Source: an uncultured Bacteroidota bacterium (lineage in GTDB: Bacteria; Bacteroidota; Bacteroidia; Bacteroidales; P3). From it: a DNA stretch of 64,000 nt. Positions within the stretch are counted from its first letter, which is position 1; each line of letters starts with the position of its first letter. Below the pieces are notes generated by a model. It was not told where the DNA came from and did no database searches. It worked only from the letters and a program-made list of their open reading frames with translations. Location: NCBI GenBank assembly GCA_902774845.1, contig CACYJU010000005.1, forward strand, positions 22,050-86,049, read 5' to 3'. Positions 1-8,642 of the stretch are shown one piece after another. Both the position numbers and the translations under genes were made by a program.

Positions 1-986
1 ATATTTATAGTCCAAAAGAAGTCATGGAATTTGTTTCCAATATAGGAGAGGAATCCAGTTGGAGGGTGTGGCATAGCGTTCCTGCACCTGCACGCGAATT
101 TTTTGACAGAATATTCTGGAACAGTCATACGGAATCAAAAGAGATGCTTTTATATGCTGAACGGGAATACATAAACACCCACTTTGCCAATTATGATCCT
201 GCAAAACAAGATATGTGGGCGGAATACAATCGCCCATGGGATTTTGATCATATTGTTGCACAAATTCGTATCAAAGGAAAGCAAGGGGATTTCCGTGAAT
301 ATGATAAAGTCTGGCTGGATAGCATAGGAAACTTTGCAGCAATATCATATGAATCAAATCGCAGTAAGAGCGATGGGGAGGATTATAGTGAATATTATGC
401 TAATCGTACCTCATTAGATTATAATAGCGATGTGGAGAAATTAAAATATGATTTGACTTATGATGCCTTATCGAGTGTTGAATTTGCGAACATCACCTAT
501 ACCCGTTTCTGTAAAATATATGGCAAAGTGTTTGACTTGATTAGGGAAATTGTTTGTCAGACAACCCTTTCCGATACCCTTTGGGAAAGAAAAGTCTTGT
601 TTGAAGAAGTGAAAAAATTATACCCCAATGCCATATTTCATTTCGCGGCTTCAGATCAAAATGATCACAAATTACAACGCGATCAAGATTGGGCAAGGCA
701 GTGGGTTGGAGTCGGAATCGAGATGGGCAATTATATGGCATGCGTAGAGTGGGCAGCCACTAAGAAAGATGGAAAACCTTCTGGTGTGGAATGTGGCATA
801 AGGAAAGCCCTCGGTACATCTGTAACCCAAGAGAATAAAGACACTCTTGGTGGAGATGATTTGTTGAATGAAGATAATGACTGGTGGTACAAATGTGTTG
901 TGTATGATTCCTTTGAATTAGAAAGCATAAAAATACAGTTAGACAAATATTTACTGGAAATAGAACAAACTAACAAGGCCGTATAA
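1..986 (+). CDS. C-terminal part of a DUF1524 / GmrSD-like His-Me finger nuclease (5' end outside the window)
   Basis: The frame is open from base 3 to the first ATG at 24, so the gene probably starts upstream of the window. WDFDHIVAQ ... IGNFAAISYESNRSKSD fits the DUF1524 (D/E)HIxP ... GN..L....N.SK signature. Confidence 0.6.
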   Translation, partial: IYSPKEVMEFVSNIGEESSWRVWHSVPAPAREFFDRIFWNSHTESKEMLLYAEREYINTHFANYDPAKQDMWAEYNRPWDFDHIVAQIRIKGKQGDFREYDKVWLDSIGNFAAISYESNRSKSDGEDYSEYYANRTSLDYNSDVEKLKYDLTYDALSSVEFANITYTRFCKIYGKVFDLIREIVCQTTLSDTLWERKVLFEEVKKLYPNAIFHFAASDQNDHKLQRDQDWARQWVGVGIEMGNYMACVEWAATKKDGKPSGVECGIRKALGTSVTQENKDTLGGDDLLNEDNDWWYKCVVYDSFELESIKIQLDKYLLEIEQTNKAV

Positions 987-988
987 TC

Positions 989-1105
989 ATGCTCCAATAC
1001 ATAGCCGATAGAGACATTTATACTGAAGTTCTTTTGTGGTGTTGGTCCAGTTGTGCATGACTTGTAGAATATGAATAATAGTTGACTTAAAAAGCAGGAT
1101 TTGCA
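989..1105 (+). pseudogene. Degenerate 5' fragment of a PLD/HKD nuclease gene
   Basis: atgctccaatacatagccgatagagacatttatactgaagt aligns with the start of the intact PLD gene at 2597 (atgctccaatatatagctgatagagatcattatacagaagt). It translates to MLQYIADRDIYTEV and then hits a stop at 1058-1060. Weaker nucleotide similarity continues to about 1105. Confidence 0.7.
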
Positions 1106-1124
1106 ATTTCAAAAAAATGTATAT

Positions 1125-1742
1125 ATGACAATATTGGAAAAATTACAAGCTGATATGCAATACAATGAGCGACATCAGTTGTTTGCTCCATACGATGATG
1201 GAAATATGGGACAAAGGTATGCAGGCCGGTACGAGTTAATTGGAGAGGATGAAGAAGGTGAATATAAGCGTTGGTTTTTTGATAATGGACACAATTATAC
1301 TTTATGTAAAAATTTAAACATGCTATATGAATGTGAACCTTTTCCGGCAGAATATTTTATCCATAAACATATTGAAAAGGCCATATATGATATTGTAACA
1401 AATAATTCTAAAGAGGAACAGCCATTGATTTTCTGCTATGAAAATGAGGTTGGATCCAGCAAAAACCCCGTTGTGTTGATAAAAGTAATTATCAACAGGG
1501 AGTCCCGTAATGTTTGTGTGACCAATATTTTCGTTCAGATGGAGAAAAGGCACCAATGTTACGGTAAACAATTGATTAGTAAAATATATGCTATATGTAA
1601 AATGTTTGGTTATCGATTATTCTTGACAGAAATGGTTGAGTCATTCTACAATAGAATGGTTCGTCGAGGTGCAAGAATAATTGAGGTGGGGAATGTGGTT
1701 GAAATAACAGATGACACAAATCTAACACCGGTTAAAGGCTAA
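1125..1742 (+). CDS. Hypothetical protein, possibly with a GNAT-like C-terminal fold
   Basis: ORF in an AT-rich cassette. ATG at 1125, with an alternative TTG at 1101 inside the PLD fragment. The C-terminal KRHQCYGKQLISKIY ... RLFLTEM weakly resembles the GNAT Q/RxxGxG/A region. Confidence 0.45.
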   Translation: MTILEKLQADMQYNERHQLFAPYDDGNMGQRYAGRYELIGEDEEGEYKRWFFDNGHNYTLCKNLNMLYECEPFPAEYFIHKHIEKAIYDIVTNNSKEEQPLIFCYENEVGSSKNPVVLIKVIINRESRNVCVTNIFVQMEKRHQCYGKQLISKIYAICKMFGYRLFLTEMVESFYNRMVRRGARIIEVGNVVEITDDTNLTPVKG

Positions 1743-1835
1743 AAAGTTCATCACAAGTTTGATGCTTTTATCGACTTTCAATTATCTTGAAGGAGGAAGT
1801 TCTAAAACCATCTTGACTTTAAAAAATAAAAAAAC

Positions 1836-2612
1836 ATGGAAGAGAAAAACCTTAATTGGGAAGAGTTTAATAAAGATAATCCATGGCGCAAAGAGATTTT
1901 TAACATTGACACAAATAATCCGGCTGCAATGAAAGATCTAATAGATGAAATTTGTAGTGGAAAAAGAAAGTTCATTTATTCTAAGGATAAAGGACAGATC
2001 AATGAAAAGCGGTTTGAACTATCTTTGTTGCCAAAACCTTATCGTGGAAATCTAAAAGACCCCAAACTTGTCATCTTGAGCCTTAATCCAGGTTATAATG
2101 AACGGGTGAAAACCAAACTGTTTAAGATGCTTAAATATGAAAATCAAAAAAGATTCATTGAAATATCCAAGAAAAACGCTTTGTTGGAATCCCGATATAT
2201 AATATCCCCAGATGATGAAGTGGACGATGTTATGGATAATGGTTATTGGTCAGATCGCTTATCTGAATTAAAAAATGATGGTGCAGAAATATCTCGGATA
2301 GGATTGATACAATTCGTTCCTTACGCATCGGAACATTTTGGTTCATGGAATAAAAAGGAATTAGAAACTCAAAAGTTTACACGAGAAATCATCATGCGCC
2401 TCTTAACCAAGTCAAAGGACACACTTTTTCTTGTCATGCGCTCAAAGGACAAATGGAAAAAACTGATTCCAGAAATGGATAACAAGGAATACAAAGATAA
2501 GTTTCTCTATAATCAGAATCCTCGTTGCCAAAATCTGTCAAAAAACAATTTGAAGGGCAATTACGAGATAATTCTTGGTAAACTAAAGAAATACCCATGC
2601 TCCAATATATAG
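1836..2612 (+). CDS. Hypothetical protein with MUG/TDG-like (UDG superfamily) motif order
   Basis: PKLVILSLNPGYNE (compare Mug GINPG), IGLIQFVPYASEHFG, DTLFLVMRSKDKW and LYNQNPRCQNLS (compare Mug LPNPSG). The last 16 nt overlap the PLD gene start. The function is an inference from these motifs. Confidence 0.45.
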   Translation: MEEKNLNWEEFNKDNPWRKEIFNIDTNNPAAMKDLIDEICSGKRKFIYSKDKGQINEKRFELSLLPKPYRGNLKDPKLVILSLNPGYNERVKTKLFKMLKYENQKRFIEISKKNALLESRYIISPDDEVDDVMDNGYWSDRLSELKNDGAEISRIGLIQFVPYASEHFGSWNKKELETQKFTREIIMRLLTKSKDTLFLVMRSKDKWKKLIPEMDNKEYKDKFLYNQNPRCQNLSKNNLKGNYEIILGKLKKYPCSNI

Positions 2613-3112
2613 CTGATAGAGATCATTATACAGAAGTCCTCTCGCGCTGCGAGCAGGTTAAGCATGACCTTTGGATTGGGACTGCTGACTTGAAGGATTT
2701 GTATGTTAAGGGCGGTAGGGATGTGGTGCCTTTTCTTTCGGTGCTGGACAAACTGGTGAAACGGGGTGTGGAGGTGCGGTTGCTGCATGCTAAGGAGCCG
2801 GGGGAGAACTTCCGCGAGGACTTCGACAAGTATCCTGGACTCTGGTCTCGCATGGAGCGGAGACTCTGCCCAAGGGTGCATTTCAAGATTATGGTGTTCG
2901 ACTGCTCGGTGGCATATATCGGCTCGGCGAACCTCACGGGTGCCGGCATAGGCATGAAGGGCGAGGGTAACCGTAACTTCGAGGCTGGCATACTGACAGA
3001 CGACCCCATGCTGGTGGATGCCGCCGCCAACCATATCGACAGCGTCTGGCAAGGGGTACATTGCATGAAATGCCGCCGCAAAGACTTTTGCACCGATTGC
3101 GTGAAAGCATAA
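2597..3112 (+). CDS. Phospholipase D-family (single HKD) Nuc-like nuclease with a C-terminal Cys cluster
   Basis: Perfect HxKxxxxD-x6-GSxN motif: HFKIMVFDCSVAYIGSANLT. The C-terminus carries CMKCRRKDFCTDC. At 171 aa it is consistent with a dimeric single-HKD enzyme. Confidence 0.8.
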   Translation: MLQYIADRDHYTEVLSRCEQVKHDLWIGTADLKDLYVKGGRDVVPFLSVLDKLVKRGVEVRLLHAKEPGENFREDFDKYPGLWSRMERRLCPRVHFKIMVFDCSVAYIGSANLTGAGIGMKGEGNRNFEAGILTDDPMLVDAAANHIDSVWQGVHCMKCRRKDFCTDCVKA

Positions 3113-3122
3113 CACCTCTCGC

Positions 3123-3154
3123 TATCAACACATCAACCTATCAACTTATCAACA
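3123..3154. repeat. Four 8-bp tandem units (TATCAACA/CATCAACC/TATCAACT/TATCAACA)
   Basis: Read directly from the sequence. The array starts 11 nt after the PLD stop codon. Confidence 0.9.
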
Positions 3155-3191
3155 TTTAGACACTGTGTCACGATTTGACATACTGGGTTGG

Positions 3192-3199
3192 TATCTTTG
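3192..3199 (+). promoter_or_regulatory. Bacteroidetes -7 promoter box TAtcTTTG
   Basis: ggTATCTTTGcaag lies 27 nt upstream of the ATG at 3226. It is preceded by tgtgtcacgatttgaca, which resembles the repeated hairpin modules at 11955, 12789 and 14121. Confidence 0.6.
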
Positions 3200-3225
3200 C
3201 AAGCGGAACTTAAAACTCAAAAATC

Positions 3226-3795
3226 ATGTTTCACTCAGATTCCAAACCTTACGACCTTGAAGTGGGCGAGTATGCCGGACTGCTGGCCAACCGCGAATAT
3301 TGGGACAGCTACTCGTATGAGTGGAGCGGATTCCATACAATGGACCAAAAACTCATACATTTGGCGGGATTTGTAAATATGGGCGGCGACCTCTTGTGGG
3401 TCATAAAGCACTACGCCAAAGGCCGCTCTCGGGAATACAGGTTCTGCATACACAGCGCCATATCAAGGTATCTGTTTCGCATGATTTCGGAGGGACTGAC
3501 GAAAGAGGAGCGCGCCAAAGACGATTCGGGCGTGAGGATGATGTTCCTCGACAGGGAGGAGCTGGTGGAGCTGCTGACTGAGGAGCTGAAACGCAAGGTG
3601 ACATACGATCTGAAAACCATTCGCACCGCATGTGGCTGCGATGTGGTAAGGAAATGGTATGTGGAAAGCCCCAAGGTGTTTGATGACACCGTGCTGGCGA
3701 AAATAGAGCAGGCCCACAAACAGGCCCATCCCGACGAAACCGTAGAGGACAAACGTCGCTACTATGAACGCTGGCTCCACGAATGTATGTTTTGA
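3226..3795 (+). CDS. Hypothetical protein
   Basis: 189-aa ORF directly downstream of a -7 box. No motif recognised. Confidence 0.5.
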   Translation: MFHSDSKPYDLEVGEYAGLLANREYWDSYSYEWSGFHTMDQKLIHLAGFVNMGGDLLWVIKHYAKGRSREYRFCIHSAISRYLFRMISEGLTKEERAKDDSGVRMMFLDREELVELLTEELKRKVTYDLKTIRTACGCDVVRKWYVESPKVFDDTVLAKIEQAHKQAHPDETVEDKRRYYERWLHECMF

Positions 3796-3837
3796 TTGGA
3801 TTGTGTGAATGTGTTAATTTGTAAGTGTTAAAGATAA

Positions 3838-4338
3838 ATGCAGAACTTTGCAGCCATAGATTTTGAAACCGCCAACGGGTGCCGGTCGAGCGTGTGCAGC
3901 GTGGGTGTGGTGGTTGTGCGTGACGGTGTGATGACGGACAGTTTTTATAGCCTTATCCGACCTGAACCGAACTACTACGCTTGGTTCTGCCAGGAGGTGC
4001 ATGGCCTGTGCCACGAGGATACCGATGATGCCGAGGTGTTCCCGAAAGTGTGGGCGAAGGTGGCTCCGCTGATTGAAGGACTGCCGCTGGTGGCGCACAA
4101 CAAGATGTTCGACGAGGGATGCCTGAGGGCTGTGATGGAGGTCTATCAGATGGACTGGCCCGACTATGAGTTCCAATGCACTCTTCAGGCATCGAGGAGG
4201 ATGCTTCCTCACCTCGAGAACCATCAGCTACATACCGTCTCCGCTGCCTGCGGCTATATCTTAGAAAACCACCATCACGCCTTGGCCGACGCAGAGGCCT
4301 GTGCGGCGATAGCAATACGGTTGGGACTCTGCAAATAG
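3838..4338 (+). CDS. DnaQ-like 3'-5' exonuclease (DEDDh)
   Basis: Exo I AAIDFETAN, Exo II VAHNKMFDEG, Exo III HHALADAEA. Confidence 0.85.
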   Translation: MQNFAAIDFETANGCRSSVCSVGVVVVRDGVMTDSFYSLIRPEPNYYAWFCQEVHGLCHEDTDDAEVFPKVWAKVAPLIEGLPLVAHNKMFDEGCLRAVMEVYQMDWPDYEFQCTLQASRRMLPHLENHQLHTVSAACGYILENHHHALADAEACAAIAIRLGLCK

Positions 4339-4449
4339 AAAGATTTTGATTTGTGAATACCGAGACGGCGGGCATCCTTGCTCGCCGTTTTTTCTTTGAA
4401 AAATATGACACTTTTTATCACTATGACAAGATATGGCATAGTATGTTGT

Positions 4450-4457
4450 TATTTTTG
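4450..4457 (+). promoter_or_regulatory. -7 promoter box TAttTTTG
   Basis: gtTATTTTTGcaagcgg lies 35 nt upstream of the ATG at 4492. Confidence 0.55.
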
Positions 4458-4491
4458 CAAGCGGAAACAAAAAAAGAAAGGAGATAATAAT

Positions 4492-6240
4492 ATGAAAAAA
4501 GATGCTAAGAAAACGGATTCAAGCAAGGAGGAGTTCTTGCAAATGGTAGACGAAGCAATGGGAATTGCAAAGGAGGCAGGATTGGATCTGGTGCCGGCGG
4601 AAGAGGAAGAGCGGGACTTGCTTTCGGAGGTGGAACAGATTGTTGAGCTTGCCAGAGAGTCGAGATTGTCGCAAGAGTTCTATCGTGTTGCGGACAACCA
4701 TATAAGCTATATCGCTGACAAGCTGAATCTGACGAAGAACCAGAGTGTGCTGCTTGCGTTGTTTGTAGACAATAGCGACGACAGCAGTATAGAACTGAGC
4801 GACCTGTCGAGGTATTTGGGTTGCAGCACGACGCGAATGTTACGTCTGTCGACAGAGATAGACGGACTTGTGGAGCGTGATTATATAAGAAAAGGAAAGA
4901 CGAGGGGCGAAGTGAGATATCATGTGCCACAGGAGGTGCTGGAATCCTTGAAAAAGAACCAACCGATAACACGGCGATGTATAGAAAATCTGGACTTGAC
5001 GAAGTTTTTTGACGAGATATCGGAGATATTCGACATGGTGAACGATGACGAGTTGGACATCGAGTCGGCGGAGAGACGCATCGAAGAACTGATGGAAGCC
5101 AACAAGCATCTGTCGTTTGTGGAGAAGGTTAAGGGACAGTATTGCGTTGAAAGACGTGATTTAATCATTCTGTTGATATTCTGCCACCTGTTCATCACGA
5201 ATGCTGACGACCAGATAGGTTTTCACGACTTGGAGTTTATGTTCAGCAGATGGCAGATGCGCAGCATTCGGTCGGAGTTGACGGGGGAATATAGTTCGTT
5301 GCAGCGGGATAAACTGATAGAGTGGAGCAGCAACGGGGGCTTTGCAGACAGGGAGTATTTCAGGCTCACGATGAACGCCAAGCGGGAGCTGCTTGACGAG
5401 CTGAACCTGCCGTCGCTCTCGAAGAATAAGTTGAAGCGCGGAGTGATGAAAGCCAGCGACATCAACGCAAGGAACCTCTTTTATGACACGAAGGTGACGC
5501 ACAGTATAGACGAGCTGGCGAGCCTGCTGGAGGAGGATAACTACCGCGACATACATGCACGGCTGCAGGAGCAGGGTTTCCGCTGCGGTTTCGCCTGCCT
5601 TTTCTACGGTGCTCCCGGAACGGGCAAGACGGAGACGGTGTTGCAGCTGGCACGGCGCACGGGACGTGACATACTTCAGGTGAACATCGCCGAGCTGAAA
5701 AGCATGTGGGTGGGCGAGAGCGAGAAGAACGTGAAGGCGGTGTTCGACTCGTACCGCCAGCAGGTGAAGAGTTCAGCCATCACGCCGATATTGCTTTTCA
5801 ACGAGGCCGACGCCATAATCGGCAAACGACAGGAGGGCGCAGAGCAAGCGGTGGAGAAGATGGAAAACTCCATCCAGAACATCATCCTGCAGGAGATGGA
5901 GACCCTCGACGGCATACTGATAGCCACCACCAACCTGGTGCAGAACATGGACAAGGCGTTTGAGCGCAGGTTCCTGTACAAGATACGGTTTGACAAACCG
6001 ACGGTGGAGGCACGGACGGCGATATGGCATGAGCTGCTTCCGGCATTGGATATGGCAGACGCCACGAAGCTCGCCGAGCGTTACGACTTCAGCGGAGGAC
6101 AGATAGAGAACATCGCCCGCCACTACGCCATCGACGCCATACTGCATGGCCATACTGCACCTACGGCAGAGAACCTGACGGCACACTGCGACTCGGAGAG
6201 GATAAACCAGAAGAATGAGGGGAGGAAGATTGGGTTTTGA
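4492..6240 (+). CDS. AAA+ family ATPase with a long N-terminal (wHTH-like) region
   Basis: Walker A GAPGTGKTE, Walker B ILLFNEADAI, sensor-1 LIATTN, then RRF. The start is placed at the ATG downstream of the -7 box, because the track start at 4378 lies upstream of that promoter. Confidence 0.8.
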   Translation: MKKDAKKTDSSKEEFLQMVDEAMGIAKEAGLDLVPAEEEERDLLSEVEQIVELARESRLSQEFYRVADNHISYIADKLNLTKNQSVLLALFVDNSDDSSIELSDLSRYLGCSTTRMLRLSTEIDGLVERDYIRKGKTRGEVRYHVPQEVLESLKKNQPITRRCIENLDLTKFFDEISEIFDMVNDDELDIESAERRIEELMEANKHLSFVEKVKGQYCVERRDLIILLIFCHLFITNADDQIGFHDLEFMFSRWQMRSIRSELTGEYSSLQRDKLIEWSSNGGFADREYFRLTMNAKRELLDELNLPSLSKNKLKRGVMKASDINARNLFYDTKVTHSIDELASLLEEDNYRDIHARLQEQGFRCGFACLFYGAPGTGKTETVLQLARRTGRDILQVNIAELKSMWVGESEKNVKAVFDSYRQQVKSSAITPILLFNEADAIIGKRQEGAEQAVEKMENSIQNIILQEMETLDGILIATTNLVQNMDKAFERRFLYKIRFDKPTVEARTAIWHELLPALDMADATKLAERYDFSGGQIENIARHYAIDAILHGHTAPTAENLTAHCDSERINQKNEGRKIGF

Positions 6241-6241
6241 T

Positions 6242-6332
6242 GTAAGAAGTAAGATGTAAGAAGTAAGATGTAAGAAGTAAGAGGGAAGAAGTAAGAGGGA
6301 AGAAGTAAGAGGGAAGATGTAAGAAGTAGGAC
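6242..6332. repeat. Thirteen 7-bp tandem units (GTAAGAA/GTAAGAT/GTAAGAG/GGAAGAA)
   Basis: Read directly from the sequence. The array begins 2 nt after the ATPase stop codon. The same heptamer family recurs at 58736-58763. Confidence 0.95.
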
Positions 6333-6390
6333 GTGTCCAGGTTTAATGGGGTTGCTTTGGTTGAAAGTTAAGCAGTAAAAACAATATTTT

Positions 6391-7485
6391 ATGGAACAGA
6401 TTATTTCAAAAACAGGTCCCAGGAAGGTGTGGGACGGGGTGCCGGGATTCAGATCGTTCGATGAGCCCGTCAGCGTCAGGGAAGCGCTGGAAGCCATACA
6501 AGGAGATTTCCTTGTAGAGAAGCAGTCGTTGATGCGAATGCCTGACAGGGTTATGAGTTCGTTGCTCACGTACGGTCATGTGCCATCGGACGTGACGCTT
6601 TCGGATCTGTCGAGGATGATGGTGAAGAGCCATCAGGCTACGGTGAACATGCGAGACGACGAGACGTTGGGCGTGGTAGGTAAAGACTATGGAGTGGTGC
6701 AGAACGCGCAAGCGTTTGAGTTTATCGACTTTCTGTGCAATACCGATGTGGAGGGAGGTAAACCAATCATAGAGGCCTGTGGGCAGATAAACAACGGGGC
6801 TACGATCTATTTCTCGGCCAAGATGCCGACCAACTTCAGGATTAACGGTGATTCGGGCATAGAGGATTATGTGCTGTTCCACACCTCGCATGACGCTACA
6901 TGTGCGGTGACGGTTGCTTTGACACCTATAAGGATGATTTGTCAAAACTGCCTGAGCGGGGCGTTGAAATCGCGGAACAAGATGACCGTGCGGCATTCGA
7001 AGAATGTGATGGACCGCATAGACCTGACCCGCAGCAGCAACAGGGACATAGTCTTGCAGTTGCTGGGGCTTAGGGAGAGGTATACCAAGGAGTTTGTGCA
7101 ATCGTTGGACTACCTGCGGATGCAGCGAGTGAGCCATGAAGATGTGTTGGAGTTTGCCACCAGAGTGATACTTGACGAAGCGCGGCAGGTGGAGCAGGCA
7201 CGGCAGAACAGATGGAACGTGCAGACGGTGGACACCATAGCAGAGCAGACTAAGAGGAGGATATGGGATCTGGAGAACTCGATAGAGAGCGGAGTGGGGC
7301 AGGGCGAGAACCGCGGCACCAAGCTGTGGCTATACAACGGGCTGACGACCTACTACGCCAACGATGTGTTCTGGGGAACGTCGAAAGACCTGCCAGAGGT
7401 GCGAGCCACAAGGAAGTTCAAGTCGATAGTGAGGGGAGCCGCCAACGACAAGGTCCAGAAAGGGTTTGAACTGCTGATGGGATGA
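6391..7485 (+). CDS. DUF932-like protein (phage/plasmid-associated family)
   Basis: Length and the FHTSHDATCAVTVALTPIRMICQNCL segment match the NSHDGS...R.VC.N pattern I associate with DUF932. The assignment is from memory only. Confidence 0.55.
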   Translation: MEQIISKTGPRKVWDGVPGFRSFDEPVSVREALEAIQGDFLVEKQSLMRMPDRVMSSLLTYGHVPSDVTLSDLSRMMVKSHQATVNMRDDETLGVVGKDYGVVQNAQAFEFIDFLCNTDVEGGKPIIEACGQINNGATIYFSAKMPTNFRINGDSGIEDYVLFHTSHDATCAVTVALTPIRMICQNCLSGALKSRNKMTVRHSKNVMDRIDLTRSSNRDIVLQLLGLRERYTKEFVQSLDYLRMQRVSHEDVLEFATRVILDEARQVEQARQNRWNVQTVDTIAEQTKRRIWDLENSIESGVGQGENRGTKLWLYNGLTTYYANDVFWGTSKDLPEVRATRKFKSIVRGAANDKVQKGFELLMG

Positions 7486-7539
7486 GGTGTGGGTGTGTTA
7501 TGATCGTAAAAGTGGTATGATTGTTTATAGTGGTAGGCT

Positions 7540-8220
7540 ATGTATCAAGAGGTGTCAGATATTTTAAGGATTTCCAATGCCGACACTCTTCGCCAGATGC
7601 TTGCGCAATGTGAGGATGAGATTATGCGTATGGCGACGTATTGCGAAAATTGTTATTATTGGCCAAGAGATGTTGAGGACCGTGTTAAGGAAGAGTTGGG
7701 TACGCGTGCATGTATTCTTAACCACATGTTCGCCCTTCATTGTACCCCGGCCGAGGTGATGCGATTTGAAACTGTAAACGCTGCGTTGCTGCGTTTAGAA
7801 CGTATGCATAGGTCATGGCACGATAAGTTGCAAAAACAGTTTTCAGCCATTCATGGGCTTGACGGAGAACCATTCACCGTAAGGACGGTCATAAATGGTG
7901 GTATTGACGAGAATACACCTCTTTACGTCATGGACGAGGATGCCTATTATGGTTCACGCTGGAGAGAGATGATAGATGCGATCAGTGAAACCTCTGTGAT
8001 TGAAGCCATGTGTGATTCATGCGTGGAGATGGAGGACGGTGTCAGCTGGGCAGAGGGACCACTTTGCATTCCACAGTTGGAGCATGTGAAAGTCTGCTAT
8101 CTCTTCCACGCACTTTGCACACACTTGGATTACTCTATCCCAGACGTGCTGAGAATGCAAACTTATCGCTTTGACTACAGCATGGATTGTACGGACTTTG
8201 TGACGTTAGATACAGAATGA
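7540..8220 (+). CDS. Hypothetical Cys-rich protein
   Basis: 226-aa ORF. No motif recognised. Confidence 0.45.
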   Translation: MYQEVSDILRISNADTLRQMLAQCEDEIMRMATYCENCYYWPRDVEDRVKEELGTRACILNHMFALHCTPAEVMRFETVNAALLRLERMHRSWHDKLQKQFSAIHGLDGEPFTVRTVINGGIDENTPLYVMDEDAYYGSRWREMIDAISETSVIEAMCDSCVEMEDGVSWAEGPLCIPQLEHVKVCYLFHALCTHLDYSIPDVLRMQTYRFDYSMDCTDFVTLDTE

Positions 8221-8325
8221 TTAATTGGCAACCTCCTTTTTGGGTAGGCTTATGAAGATACTATGGTGCAGGCATTGCTTTGAAAAAAATGCGTATAATT
8301 GCAAAAAAATTAAGTTTATAGAATA

Positions 8326-8565
8326 TGGATACAAATCTTATCGAAAGGAGAAACGCTGAATATCAACCTCTCATAGAGTCGTTCAAAGAGAGAATTAAAG
8401 GACTTGAGCTTGAAGGGATAACGAGACCGCAATTTCGAAGCTGGCATTCTAACCGACGAACCCAATCTCGTTGACGCCGCCGCCGACCACCTCGACAACG
8501 TCTGGCAAGGCCGCCCCTGCAAGAGCTGCAAGAGGAAAGACTTTTGTGGGGATAGGATTAGGTGA
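8326..8565 (+). pseudogene. Chimeric remnant: 5' end of a UDG-like gene (10768 family) joined out of frame to the 3' end of a PLD gene
   Basis: MDTNLIERRNAEYQPLIESFKERIKGLELEGITRPQF parallels MRKNIIDRRNAEYSPLIDDFKDEVKDLNFKGITGPHF of the 10768 ORF. From about 8424, another frame reads RNFEAGILTDEPNLVDAAADHLDNVWQGRPCKSCKRKDFC, parallel to the PLD C-terminus NRNFEAGILTDDPMLVDAAANHIDSVWQGVHCMKCRRKDFC. Confidence 0.75.
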
Positions 8566-8602
8566 GACTATAACGTCACTTGCATCTATAGTGGAATATT
8601 AG

Positions 8603-8610
8603 TACCTTTG
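8603..8610 (+). promoter_or_regulatory. -7 promoter box TAccTTTG
   Basis: agTACCTTTGcaaac lies 33 nt upstream of the ATG at 8643. Confidence 0.55.
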
Positions 8611-8642
8611 CAAACATTTATAAACCTAAAATCAATACCACT

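Noticed and set aside
4378-4491. N-terminal extensions suggested by the ORF track: 4378 for the AAA ATPase, 12771 for FtsK-like, 19690 for WYL, 19592 for the zinc-ribbon ORF, 37862 and 49556.
   Set aside because: In each case the extension runs through a TAnnTTTG promoter box or a terminator hairpin, and its peptide is hydrophobic and low-complexity. An ATG just downstream of the box gives a sensible N-terminus.
6242-6332. I considered whether this and the other tandem arrays could be CRISPR arrays.
   Set aside because: The units are 7-11 bp and directly abutting, with no unique spacers. No cas genes are present anywhere in the window.
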